Below, in pieces: positions 50,889-60,860 of a stretch of 64,000 nucleotides of DNA (within the stretch, counting starts at the first letter, position 1; each line of letters starts with the position of its first letter). The stretch is from a virus. Its lineage: Duplodnaviria; Caudoviricetes. A program made the translations under genes and the position numbers. The DNA is taken from positions 1-64,000 of the IMG/VR virus record IMGVR_UViG_3300021387_001614. The stretch is one strand, 5' to 3'. The notes below the pieces were generated by a model, which was not told the DNA's origin, did no database searches, and saw nothing but the letters and a program-made list of their open reading frames with translations.

Positions 50889-51071
50889 ATTTATATATGA
50901 TATTAGTTATGTTATTATTCTACAATATAAATATCCCGACAAGAAGAGAAATTCCTGTTGGGATATTGTTTATTTTGATATTTTGTATTATATTTGTACC
51001 CGAAATGGTAATTTAAAGATATTTATGTTAAAACATTAACGGGGACAACAGGTATATAGTTCCCTTATTAT

Positions 51072-51632
51072 CTATTTTTTACGAAATCTTTTCGGGCGGT
51101 CTTTTAGGTTACGATTCCCATAATATGAATTCATCAAACCCTTTGTTCTTCTTTTGGCACTCCTTGAGAATCTTTTATAAAAATCTGATAATTCATCATT
51201 GGATAAATCATCGAAATTTTCATAATCATTGAAATGATACGAATCATACGCAAAAATACTATCCGGATTTTCTTTATAATGTCCAAAATCTATACTAATA
51301 TCATCATCACCTATTGGTTTTCTCCATTCTTCAAAGTCATCTCCGTGTATATAATTAGAAAGTGTCCCGACATAATTGTCTTTATCTTTCCACGAATATG
51401 ATTGGAATACTCCATAATCTTTGTCATCAGGCATACAATATTCAAGAGTTTCATCTTGGTCTTCAACCGCCCCATCTTCGAGTGACCTAAGAAAATTATA
51501 AAGGTCTTTGATTTTGTATTTATTCCACTCTCTATCTATCTCTTCCTTTGAAGCCTCTCTCAATATTTTTTTTACCGACCTCTTTACAATCTTATGCAAG
51601 TCAGACTCTGTTAATCTTACTCTTTTTTTCAT
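51072..51632 (-). CDS. putative internal head protein with LTESDLH leader
   Basis: MKKRVRLTESDLHKIVKRSVKKILREAS, acidic core, basic tail. Confidence 0.65.
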   Translation of the reverse strand: MKKRVRLTESDLHKIVKRSVKKILREASKEEIDREWNKYKIKDLYNFLRSLEDGAVEDQDETLEYCMPDDKDYGVFQSYSWKDKDNYVGTLSNYIHGDDFEEWRKPIGDDDISIDFGHYKENPDSIFAYDSYHFNDYENFDDLSNDELSDFYKRFSRSAKRRTKGLMNSYYGNRNLKDRPKRFRKK

Positions 51633-51662
51633 ATTGTTTTTATATGCATTCATCAAATTATT

Positions 51663-52496
51663 TTAATAACCAAATATCTTATTTATATCCTGCTTCAGGT
51701 CATCATCAACATAAAAACTTTGTGCCATATCTCTTTCTGTCATGTCATCAACGTCATTATTGGTGATTACATATTCTTTTGATGTTGGCTCTTGGTTGTC
51801 AAAATATGCGTCATAATTGCTTGTCATACCTTTTTGTTTCCAATAATCAACAGGATTAACGTTAAATGGATATGAATCGAGTGAACGCAAATTCAATTTT
51901 TCGGTTTGTGTCGGGTTTCTTTTTTGGAATTCCTGATTTAACGCCTCGATGTTATTATTATTGCTGTCAATCATGGTTTCCATTTTTTCGATTGCTGTTA
52001 AGAGTTGGTCGATTCGATGATTAACCTTAACCACATCACGCCCTACCGCATTAACTTTATCATTAACCTTTTCCTCTGCGTTGGTAATATCTTCGACATC
52101 AATAACTTCTTCTTCATCACCACCCATAGCGTCGTCCATTGGCATACCGTCATCCATTGGCATATCGCCACCCATGGAATCATCCATAGGGGGTTCATCC
52201 ATTGGCATACCGTCTGTATTTGGGTCGCCCATTGGTGCACCGCCCGCATTAGGGTCGCCCATTGGTGCACCGCCCGCATTGGTGTCATCCATTGGCATAC
52301 CGTCTGCATTTGGGTCGCCCATTGGTGCACCGCCTGCATCCTGAGGCTGTTCGCCGCCCATAGGGTCGTTATTATTCATGTCTTGGTCATCATCAGCCTC
52401 TTCAACAGTACCATAGCCAAAACCTTCTACAATTCTCTTAAAGTGCTTATGTGCCTCATAAAGATTGTTTTCCTTAAGATATTTTACGTTTGTCAT
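51663..52496 (-). CDS. putative prohead scaffold/core protein with acidic G/P/M/D repeats
   Basis: GGAPMGDPNA/DGMPMDD repeats, EEEVIDV, coiled coil, LRSLDSYPFN. Confidence 0.6.
   Translation of the reverse strand: MTNVKYLKENNLYEAHKHFKRIVEGFGYGTVEEADDDQDMNNNDPMGGEQPQDAGGAPMGDPNADGMPMDDTNAGGAPMGDPNAGGAPMGDPNTDGMPMDEPPMDDSMGGDMPMDDGMPMDDAMGGDEEEVIDVEDITNAEEKVNDKVNAVGRDVVKVNHRIDQLLTAIEKMETMIDSNNNNIEALNQEFQKRNPTQTEKLNLRSLDSYPFNVNPVDYWKQKGMTSNYDAYFDNQEPTSKEYVITNNDVDDMTERDMAQSFYVDDDLKQDINKIFGY
52141..52340 (-). repeat. 30-bp coding tandem repeats
   Basis: ATTGGTGCACCGCCCGCATT / ATTGGCATACCGTC units at 30-bp period. Confidence 0.8.
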
Positions 52497-52500
52497 TTCT

Positions 52501-52665
52501 TTAGTCAATCAATAATTCTTTATTATCTTCTGTTAAAACCGTTACTGAACTTTCAGTTCTCTCGATTAAGCCCCTATCTTTTTTGATACGCTTAAACTCT
52601 TGGCATAAAGTCTCGTTACCGAGAATTTCTTCTGCCATTTTAATTTTTTCTTTTGTATCCATCAT
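52501..52665 (-). CDS. small hypothetical protein (54 aa, below the track cutoff)
   Basis: MMDTKEKIKMAEEILG...KKDRGLIERTESSVTVLTEDNKELLID, coupled to both neighbours. Confidence 0.7.
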   Translation of the reverse strand: MMDTKEKIKMAEEILGNETLCQEFKRIKKDRGLIERTESSVTVLTEDNKELLID

Positions 52666-52934
52666 CATGATTGTGTTTCATTTTCAATCAAATCTTCATT
52701 GGATTTGTTATTTTTCTTCGACTTTGTTGTTTTTTTCTTTGTTGTTTCAACAACTACGTCATTTTCAATTTCTTCTACCACAGGTTTAGCAATCGCAATT
52801 TCTACCGGTTTCTCATTTTTTTCTATTTTAATGTTTTCGACTTTTTTTTCTTCTTTTGCCTCTACATTAACAATTTTTTTTACCGATTGCGGTTGTTTCT
52901 CTTGTGTTTTCTTATTTATAAAACGCATTCTCAT
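52665..52934 (-). CDS. K/E-rich hypothetical protein
   Basis: 89-aa ORF with TATTTAT upstream. Confidence 0.65.
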   Translation of the reverse strand: MRMRFINKKTQEKQPQSVKKIVNVEAKEEKKVENIKIEKNEKPVEIAIAKPVVEEIENDVVVETTKKKTTKSKKNNKSNEDLIENETQS

Positions 52935-53003
52935 ATTCTTAAAATTTTTTGTGAATGTTTAAGTGCGAAAAGCACATTTTTCTTTATAAATATCTGTATT
53001 TAC

Positions 53004-53032
53004 AAAAAATGCAACCTTTAAAGGGGTTGCAT
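53004..53032 (-). terminator. intrinsic terminator
   Basis: AAAAA-ATGCAACCTT...GGGGTTGCAT immediately after the stop at 53034. Confidence 0.7.
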
Positions 53033-53033
53033 A

Positions 53034-53630
53034 TTAAAAATCGTCTGAAACTGACATAAAATAAGGAATTATGTAACGGTTATTGTTTAGTCTCGTGCAA
53101 AGTTTTGAAGAAAATGGGCAATCATCTTCACATACAAGATTTTTTTCTTTTAATTTATTTATCACTTTATCCTTTTTTATCCCACAATATTCTAACATTG
53201 TAAGCGAAACCCCCAATATTGTGCCTTCATGTAAAACATAAGCCATATTATTACTAATATAAATGCATTTTTCACCTTCCGAAAATAATATGTTGTATAA
53301 TCTCTTTATTTTACTATATCTTAAAGTGATAATGTTAATATAATAATACTTTATAGTATTTAATACGTTTTGTATAATATATTTAGAAAATTCTTCCACA
53401 TCCCTTTCATAAAATTCACGTTTTTCAGTCTTCTTAAATGTCCAAAAAACATTTTCACTTAACTTCTTGTTAAGAATTGAAAAATTATCTGAATATTTTT
53501 TTGCATTTTCTAATCCTACAATAAGAATAGGCTTTGTTGGGTCAGCCAACGAAACATCACTAACCAACCCAACAAAATCGTCCAATCCCTTTATTTTAGA
53601 CGTACTAACAATATATCCAAGTTTCTCCAC
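53034..53630 (-). CDS. hypothetical protein
   Basis: ORF with GTG start downstream of TATATTTG at 53646-53653. Confidence 0.65.
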   Translation of the reverse strand: MEKLGYIVSTSKIKGLDDFVGLVSDVSLADPTKPILIVGLENAKKYSDNFSILNKKLSENVFWTFKKTEKREFYERDVEEFSKYIIQNVLNTIKYYYINIITLRYSKIKRLYNILFSEGEKCIYISNNMAYVLHEGTILGVSLTMLEYCGIKKDKVINKLKEKNLVCEDDCPFSSKLCTRLNNNRYIIPYFMSVSDDF

Positions 53631-53679
53631 TTTAACTATTTTTAGCAAATATACTAAAAAAAAATGAAAAAACCAAATA

Positions 53680-56600
53680 TTAGCTGCCACCAAGGAAACT
53701 AAAATGCATGGTGTCACCATAATCACCACCCCATCCAATGCCGTATTTGGCTAATATTTTAATAACGGGGTGTCCCCAATGCCATATACACTTCTGTGGG
53801 TCATAACCCCCACCGTACGGACATATTTTTTGTGCGCACCAACTGCTTGCCCTTGTACCAACAGATGGCTCTCGGTTTATCTTACTCTTAAATGGCACTT
53901 TATAGAAGAATGGGTTTCCGCCGCTTCCCGCGTTTATATCAAACGCCAATCCGAGTGCATGGTTAGATGCTCTATTAGACCGGCCATTTCCATTATTAAC
54001 ACATCTAATCTGTAGTCCTGAACCCGCATCGTGCACGTTAAAGTTCGTCGTGTTCTTAATCTCTTCGAACGCCCTCTTTACCGCTTCTGCGACTTTTTTA
54101 TGCAGCGTTATTTTTCTTTTACCGTTACGTGTTTCATATTCGAATTCGACGAACAAATTCTTTGTTAATTGCTTGTACCTATCCTGATTTGCCTTACTTC
54201 CAAACTTAGATAATAAATCTATTGCCTCTTGCGGGAAACCGTATTCCGTTATTAATTTTCTGTTTCTATTAGACCTGTCTTGTGCATTTCCGTCAAAGGG
54301 AATATACGGTCCATCGTAATTTCCACCATACAATAAACCATCACTCGAAGGTACAACAAGGGTGTTACAGTCTGTAATTTGTATACCCTTTTTCATATCA
54401 TCTGAGATAGGTGTTGTAATATATTTGGCGTTTCCACCTTTATTAAGATATTTTGTGATTGATTTAGCGTACTGCTCATTAACCTCAGAAGAATTGTAAA
54501 CACCCTTTGTGTCTTCCTTATATACACCCACAATTTTGTTTGTTCCCGGTTTTTCAGACGCTTTAACATAAATGTATGATGGATTACCTTTTGCACCATT
54601 ATCATTTGGTATCATCCATCTCAACTCCTCAATATAATTAAAATAATCAGTATTAAGGCATACATCGAATACTCCCGGTAGTTTTGTCTTGTCATCACAA
54701 GTAAACCTAATGGTATTCTCTGTTAAAGTTTTTTCATCGAAACCGACATTTCCTTGTATTGCAGAATTAGCACATGTATCGTGCACAGCCCTACCAAGCG
54801 CCTTTATAAATTCTTTTTCTTTTTTGTTTACATTGTCATTTTTAACAGGAACATCCTCTAATTTCCATACGGGTTGAAAGTTATTGTCCGGTGATGCAAT
54901 ATATACGCTATGTCGGTGATGGAACAAATACTTTCCTTTCCACCAAAATAAGTGTTCTCTCTCGTATCCTTTTGAAGTGACGGGGCATCCTGCACCCGGC
55001 TTGCCAATTAAAGCGTGGTCATATCCACAATCAACACAATACAACAACGCTGTTGACAACATTTCATATGTTAAGGTCACTGGCGACGAATATTCTTCTG
55101 TCTGTTTATCCAAAAACACCTTTCTCACTCTATGTGAATTATCAACTTGTGTGGTTTGCCCTATTAATTGTGCGGGACCGTTAAAATAAATAGATTTAAC
55201 AATATCTTTTGATGGCTTACCATCAACTAGTTTATCTTTATTTGCAACAAACGAATACGCCCAAGAAACCCTATTTTTTGTAAATAGCCAAGATTTATTA
55301 TGATGCCAATAATTACATTGAAAACCGGCATGGATTTTCATACCAAGTTCCCCTTCTATACCCGCTTCCTGATATGCCATTGCAGCAAGGGTTTCCCATA
55401 ATGGAAGGTCGTATAACCCATTATCCTTTATTGGTGAATAAGCTTTTATACCGTATTTTTGTATAACATCCCTTGTCTTCATCATTAAGTCTTCCGTTGG
55501 TATAGCACCACCCACACCGCCATTATTAAAGAGTGGATAAACAGGGTATGGACAGTCGTTGTCAACATTAGCCGCCTTATTCTTCATTGATTCAAGGTCT
55601 TGACTGCTATACCCACCCGTACTTGTAGGATTCTTAAGGACGCACCAATCCTGAACCTTACGAGTCATGTTGTTTGCCATTCTCACGCCCGTAAAGTTCG
55701 TTACCATGTTTCCGCGCTCGATGTGATGTGTTACTTTAACAATATAATACGTACCCTTAAACATCGGAACGTTTGTTAAACAGAAATACATAAGAGGCTG
55801 AACCCACGCACAACCCATCATTCTAACATTACATGTATAAGAGTTATTAGAATAGATTGTATACAAGTCCTGACCTATGGCTGTCATATTTTTCTCTGCA
55901 CCATCAGTGCTTTCGTTATTCATCGATGCAATCTGATAAATCGCCTTAAACGTCTGTTCTGTTGACATCGGCGCATCCATATTAACATCAATGTCGGTAA
56001 AATAACTCTGATACATTTTTCCATATGAAACGCCAAATGCGGGAATACTGTATCCTGCTTCCGCACTGTCGGTTAGTGCAACCGGGAAATTAGGACTAAC
56101 TTGAACGTTGTTTCCGTTTAAGCCGTTTATCATAAACGAATCGTCCTTATATTCACTATCCGGTCCCAAATCCAAATGTGAAGATGGCTCATATGGGTAT
56201 TGTATAATAAAATTAGGGTCTGATGACGGCGTTCCCATCTCAAGGTATGGTATCGGCGTAAACATTTTTTCCAAGTTTTCCTTTATTGATAAATCAAGGA
56301 AGTTGTTTATACAGAAAAAGTTAAATTTATTGTCTTGACACATGACCGACAAGAATGAAAGAAGCGTGTATTGTTCATTCATTCTGCAACTATCAATCTG
56401 TTGTCCTATTTTATCAATGTTAACCAAAAAATCTTTGCCTATTTTATGATAGAACGAATCTATAAAGATGAACACAGGTGCTTTGCCATTAACGCCCTCG
56501 AAGAAATACTCAAGACTGTATTTGTCCTTAATTGTGTCACCTGCTATCCACTTGTCATACAATAACTTAAGATAACGGTAAACACCAATCCTAATGTCTT

Positions 56601-59600
56601 CGGGCATTTCCGTTTCTTTAGTTCTGTCTATGTTTCCGCTATTATCACCATTGGCGGCTTCTGTTGGCTCACCATATTGTTTTTTAAGTTCATCACAGAA
56701 TGCAGATAAGAATACCTTGGCTTTATCACTGTTCATGGAAACGTCTGTTGTAGAGTCGGTTGTTGTGTACTTAGTAGGCGTAACAAGCGCATACATTTGC
56801 ATTGCCACCCTTGTAACCTCTTTGGCTGCGTTTGTTTTATCTCGCATACCCAAAAGCACACCGTACTCTAATGGTTGATGACCTTCTGTCTTTCGTGGGC
56901 CGACAACATCCTCGTCAACGGTAAGGTAGTTTTTAAAGAATCTATCACTGCTTGTGTGTTTTATAAAAAATTTCTCAACACCATTTATTGCCATTTGTCC
57001 AACACCAAGAATCCCATCTCTTTCGCTGTCCTGCATTTCTCTAAGTTCATTAAAGAACGCCGTTGTGCCACTTCTAAAGTCTATTTCAAGCCCACCAGCT
57101 ATCACAGGTTTAAATTTCTCATCCACCCATTTTTTAAACTCTGCAATGAATACATTTTTAACATCACGTCTAACGTTGGTGTTTAATCCAAAGTCTGATG
57201 GTTTAGATGGAATACTGTTCCAACGCCCTTCTCCTGTTGGCAATGGATTTGTTTCAAGCCAATATAAAGCGCCCGCCATTAATATTGATGCGTATGGAAC
57301 AAAAAGACATGGAGTGTTGTTTTTTAAAAGATTCTCAAATATACCTTTATACGTAATAAACCCATTCGCACTTTTTTCGAAATCGGAACCGAGTGCATAA
57401 AGGAACAAAAACGCCCTATGGTAATAATCACTATAGTTGTAATAACCTTGTTCACCGAAAAGTGAAACATTTTCATTATTAATTCCGTTTATCACATGCA
57501 AACTGCACTTTGTGATATCTAAATCTGCCCAAAAACTTTTATTTACACTTGTTTCAAACTCTAAATCATCATAATTTCCATGGTCGTCAATGTCAAAAAA
57601 TTCATAGCCACTACCAAACGCTTTGGTCTCATCCGCTTCTGTTTCCGTTCTTCTTGTTTCAGGAAATACATAACTGTTTTTTTTACATGTTGGCGTACCT
57701 TCCATTAAGTCAAACAAAAAATCATTTCTGCTATACCAACCCCCATAGCCACTTTTCGTGAGGTCGAACACATTCATCAAAGCGTCTTTCACAGCAGCGA
57801 TATTCTCATTGTCATCACCCTTCACACGCTCTTCTATAATCATCTTATATCTCTGAGGGAACGGGTCGATTTTTATGAGATTATTGGCACACTCATTGTT
57901 GTTTGTTGTATTGTCAATGCACTTTGTCGCTATATATGATTCACTATTACTTGGTTTATTATATACGTTTCCTGTTGGATTTAAATCACTGTTTATTTTT
58001 TCAAAACCAACACCTTGTACAGGCAAATACCGTCCACCGTTGCTATATCCAAACGTTTTTAATGAAAAGTTGCTATCAACCAAACCATCAACCGTTGATA
58101 AACGAGGGTTACTCCAAGCGTATTTGTTGTCTTTTCCATACGTTGCAACATACTCAGGTTTGCTGTTTGTCAACATATCAAAGGCTATATCGGCAAACTT
58201 ATTATTTTCATCCCCAAGTTTTTCTAAGAATTCATTAGATGGGTTAGGGAAGAATTTTCTAAAATTGCGTGCCTCTGCCCTTGCAATGGGTGAGATAAGT
58301 GTTTCTTTGTCAAGAGTGATACCGCTACTAACAGCACCGAATATCTGCAACATACGAAGACCAATTAATCCCACAACATCGCTGACATCATTAAAATTTA
58401 CACTGTTGCCATAAGGACTTGAAGATAATATCATGTCCATAGGACTAACAGGTATTTCCATTGGCGTGTTTGTGTTTATAACAGTGCCATCACCGGGAGT
58501 TGTTTCTGCCGCTTCTTCGATTTGTGTATTAACTATTTTAACACCGTTAATGAAGCCATTAACAAGTTCTTTCTCAAGCCAATTTCCATTAAGGTTACCA
58601 ATCCACGACTCTTCGTTTATCATCGACCCGTCGGAATTTGTTCGCTGTTCTGTAACTTTAGGGAACGGTGGAACAAATGCACTTTCACCATCCTTAAAAT
58701 CAGGCAAATTATCCGGACCAACACCAAGTGAGGACATGGTTCTCTTAGGTTCAGACGATTCAATCGAAATTGCAGTCTCACGAATCATATGAACATAGGT
58801 TTCAAAATGCGCCATGACTAATTTAGTGATGTTGCCCACACTCGGCACAAAACCAAGCGTATCAATAATAGCCTTTTGGTAAACTTTTGCTATTTCAGCC
58901 TCGTTTTCTTGTATTTTAATATCATTGTTCTCTTTTTCACTATTAAAAATCTTCAGAAAATCTGAACTAATGAAGACTATACCGCTATGAAGGCCAAAAC
59001 CCTCTATGAGATTACCATGAGATTTTTCTTTATCAAATAACAGGTTGTCATTGAAATGTCCAATGCGGTCAAGAATTTTAACATCAGTAATTTGAGTACT
59101 GTTTACTGATGTCATATTAGACCCCATCCAGTTTTCTAACTCAGGATAAGATGACGATAACCCCGTACCAAAAGTAATAACAGTTTTTCCATTGGCGTAG
59201 TCAAATATTTTTTTTGGCCTTAAATTTATGATTTCATTAATATTAACCGTCGGAATCATGTTATTTTCGTTTCCGCCGTTATATTCATTAATAGCCTCAT
59301 TTAATGTTTCAGCACCCTTGCAAATTTTATCTATAAGTCTGTCACCAAGAATTTCCCTCAGTGTTTTTTTAGAGTCTGAATCAGGAACCATTATAGCAAA
59401 AGCGCGTAAATATCCACCCGATTCGCCAATGAATTTCTGCGAAAATGTTACATTAGTGCCACCAAACTTGAAGTCCTTTGTTTCATTATACCCCGACAAC
59501 GCTTCTTTAACTGCATCAGAAAATGTCTTATATGCTGCGGCAACGCCATTTAACGCATCATTATTGATATCAAGTTCGGTTTTGACTTCCATTTCAGGAC

Positions 59601-60531
59601 TTGAATCTGTTATTGCTGAGGCTTGTACGGACGCTTTTTGTATCATCCCATAAAGTTCACTCAACGTTAACATTTTAGAACCGTCATCAAAAACAAATCT
59701 TCCTGCATCAACTTGTGCTTTCCAATAATCAGCACCTATCCAATCAGAATATGGTGCCGCCATGAGCGAATTCAGTGTAATATCACCCAAAAACGAGAAT
59801 TGGAATCCCACGAATTTAACCGTCACATTAAAATTACCTGTGTTTGATTGAAAGGATGCCCTAAAATCCTGAACTGTCAGTGTATAAGTTGTTGGCTTGC
59901 CGTAATACCCCTTCACAACGAGTTTATAAATAGGATAAGGCATTGTGAAAAAACTCTTAAAAAACGAGCCTGTGACATCGGGTCTTTTATATCCCTCCAT
60001 GCCATTTTCAGACCTAAATGATGCCATTTCCTCAGCAGAAAAAAGGGCAACACCCCTTACATCCACAAATTTCATAGTAACTTGTGGAACCATCATGTTA
60101 TTATACTCAATATCAATTGATTCTATACCGAAGAGTTCTGTACTCGGCTTTTCTTGAACGTCGTCAAAGAAAACGTTAGTATAATCAGTCGTTAAAACAT
60201 TTGATGTCTTATTTATACCATCAATGGTACTACCTTGTAAAAAACTAATCTTATCCTTACCTTGTTGTGACTCCCAATTAATGATATATGTGTGATTATC
60301 TTCACTTTCTGTTACGTTTATCGTCCTTCCTCTAACCTCAACCGAAAGATTAACAAAAGTCGAGTAATCCTCCAAATTATTTAGCATCTCGTTAGAATGT
60401 ACACCATGTGAACCTATTGTGGTGTAAGATGTTGTGTAATTTGGCTCAACGTAGTTAATTCTGGTAGAAGGTATGTTGTTATACACCTCTACGGTATCTG
60501 TCTCTGCTGAAATTATTTCGTTTTCTCTCAT
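53680..60531 (-). CDS. baseplate hub / tail-associated lysin with SleB-like segment and C-terminal M15 peptidase
   Basis: Hub-like segments (FGIESIDI; CNVRMMGCAWVQPLMYF...YYIVKVTHHI), LAAMAYQEAGIEGELGM, M15 motifs SNHALGLAFD and WGGDYGDTMHF. Confidence 0.75.
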   Translation of the reverse strand: MRENEIISAETDTVEVYNNIPSTRINYVEPNYTTSYTTIGSHGVHSNEMLNNLEDYSTFVNLSVEVRGRTINVTESEDNHTYIINWESQQGKDKISFLQGSTIDGINKTSNVLTTDYTNVFFDDVQEKPSTELFGIESIDIEYNNMMVPQVTMKFVDVRGVALFSAEEMASFRSENGMEGYKRPDVTGSFFKSFFTMPYPIYKLVVKGYYGKPTTYTLTVQDFRASFQSNTGNFNVTVKFVGFQFSFLGDITLNSLMAAPYSDWIGADYWKAQVDAGRFVFDDGSKMLTLSELYGMIQKASVQASAITDSSPEMEVKTELDINNDALNGVAAAYKTFSDAVKEALSGYNETKDFKFGGTNVTFSQKFIGESGGYLRAFAIMVPDSDSKKTLREILGDRLIDKICKGAETLNEAINEYNGGNENNMIPTVNINEIINLRPKKIFDYANGKTVITFGTGLSSSYPELENWMGSNMTSVNSTQITDVKILDRIGHFNDNLLFDKEKSHGNLIEGFGLHSGIVFISSDFLKIFNSEKENNDIKIQENEAEIAKVYQKAIIDTLGFVPSVGNITKLVMAHFETYVHMIRETAISIESSEPKRTMSSLGVGPDNLPDFKDGESAFVPPFPKVTEQRTNSDGSMINEESWIGNLNGNWLEKELVNGFINGVKIVNTQIEEAAETTPGDGTVINTNTPMEIPVSPMDMILSSSPYGNSVNFNDVSDVVGLIGLRMLQIFGAVSSGITLDKETLISPIARAEARNFRKFFPNPSNEFLEKLGDENNKFADIAFDMLTNSKPEYVATYGKDNKYAWSNPRLSTVDGLVDSNFSLKTFGYSNGGRYLPVQGVGFEKINSDLNPTGNVYNKPSNSESYIATKCIDNTTNNNECANNLIKIDPFPQRYKMIIEERVKGDDNENIAAVKDALMNVFDLTKSGYGGWYSRNDFLFDLMEGTPTCKKNSYVFPETRRTETEADETKAFGSGYEFFDIDDHGNYDDLEFETSVNKSFWADLDITKCSLHVINGINNENVSLFGEQGYYNYSDYYHRAFLFLYALGSDFEKSANGFITYKGIFENLLKNNTPCLFVPYASILMAGALYWLETNPLPTGEGRWNSIPSKPSDFGLNTNVRRDVKNVFIAEFKKWVDEKFKPVIAGGLEIDFRSGTTAFFNELREMQDSERDGILGVGQMAINGVEKFFIKHTSSDRFFKNYLTVDEDVVGPRKTEGHQPLEYGVLLGMRDKTNAAKEVTRVAMQMYALVTPTKYTTTDSTTDVSMNSDKAKVFLSAFCDELKKQYGEPTEAANGDNSGNIDRTKETEMPEDIRIGVYRYLKLLYDKWIAGDTIKDKYSLEYFFEGVNGKAPVFIFIDSFYHKIGKDFLVNIDKIGQQIDSCRMNEQYTLLSFLSVMCQDNKFNFFCINNFLDLSIKENLEKMFTPIPYLEMGTPSSDPNFIIQYPYEPSSHLDLGPDSEYKDDSFMINGLNGNNVQVSPNFPVALTDSAEAGYSIPAFGVSYGKMYQSYFTDIDVNMDAPMSTEQTFKAIYQIASMNNESTDGAEKNMTAIGQDLYTIYSNNSYTCNVRMMGCAWVQPLMYFCLTNVPMFKGTYYIVKVTHHIERGNMVTNFTGVRMANNMTRKVQDWCVLKNPTSTGGYSSQDLESMKNKAANVDNDCPYPVYPLFNNGGVGGAIPTEDLMMKTRDVIQKYGIKAYSPIKDNGLYDLPLWETLAAMAYQEAGIEGELGMKIHAGFQCNYWHHNKSWLFTKNRVSWAYSFVANKDKLVDGKPSKDIVKSIYFNGPAQLIGQTTQVDNSHRVRKVFLDKQTEEYSSPVTLTYEMLSTALLYCVDCGYDHALIGKPGAGCPVTSKGYEREHLFWWKGKYLFHHRHSVYIASPDNNFQPVWKLEDVPVKNDNVNKKEKEFIKALGRAVHDTCANSAIQGNVGFDEKTLTENTIRFTCDDKTKLPGVFDVCLNTDYFNYIEELRWMIPNDNGAKGNPSYIYVKASEKPGTNKIVGVYKEDTKGVYNSSEVNEQYAKSITKYLNKGGNAKYITTPISDDMKKGIQITDCNTLVVPSSDGLLYGGNYDGPYIPFDGNAQDRSNRNRKLITEYGFPQEAIDLLSKFGSKANQDRYKQLTKNLFVEFEYETRNGKRKITLHKKVAEAVKRAFEEIKNTTNFNVHDAGSGLQIRCVNNGNGRSNRASNHALGLAFDINAGSGGNPFFYKVPFKSKINREPSVGTRASSWCAQKICPYGGGYDPQKCIWHWGHPVIKILAKYGIGWGGDYGDTMHFSFLGGS

Positions 60532-60533
60532 TT

Positions 60534-60857
60534 TTAAGAGGGTTCTAATCCGTATAATTTATCATAAATATCTATATCCTCATTATATTGTGCTATTGTG
60601 GTTTCAAGCGGATAAGGTATTCTTAAAATCGCCCCTTGCGGTATTCTAAACTCTAATGAGCCATATTCGGGATTTGCTTGAAGTATTAGCCAATCATAAT
60701 TCGGGTCACCATAGTATTGATACGAGACTAAATCTAATCTCGTTTTTCCGGGTTCATATTGTACGTAAATATCAGAACTCTTTTTAGGAATGGATATATA
60801 AGGAACGCTCTTTATATATCCATTTTTTCTAAATTTCTTATAACGGTCGTATGACAT
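60534..60857 (-). CDS. LysM-like baseplate wedge protein (gp53 / tail-X-like)
   Basis: RLDLVSYQYYGDPNYDWLILQANP...GAILRIP. Confidence 0.85.
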   Translation of the reverse strand: MSYDRYKKFRKNGYIKSVPYISIPKKSSDIYVQYEPGKTRLDLVSYQYYGDPNYDWLILQANPEYGSLEFRIPQGAILRIPYPLETTIAQYNEDIDIYDKLYGLEPS

Positions 60858-60860
60858 AAA

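Larger units (their letters stand above)
48865..51064 (+). mobile_element. IS1595-family element with passenger gene (2,200 bp)
   Basis: Perfect 25-bp terminal IRs GGGAACTATATACCTGTTGTCCCCG (48865-48889 and 51040-51064); 8-bp direct repeat TTATTATC at 48857-48864 and 51065-51072; contains transposase and an LRR gene. Confidence 0.95.

Noticed and set aside
52005-52586. His/Trp-rich antisense and alternative-frame ORFs
   Set aside because: These are by-products of the 30-bp GGAPMGDPNA repeats.
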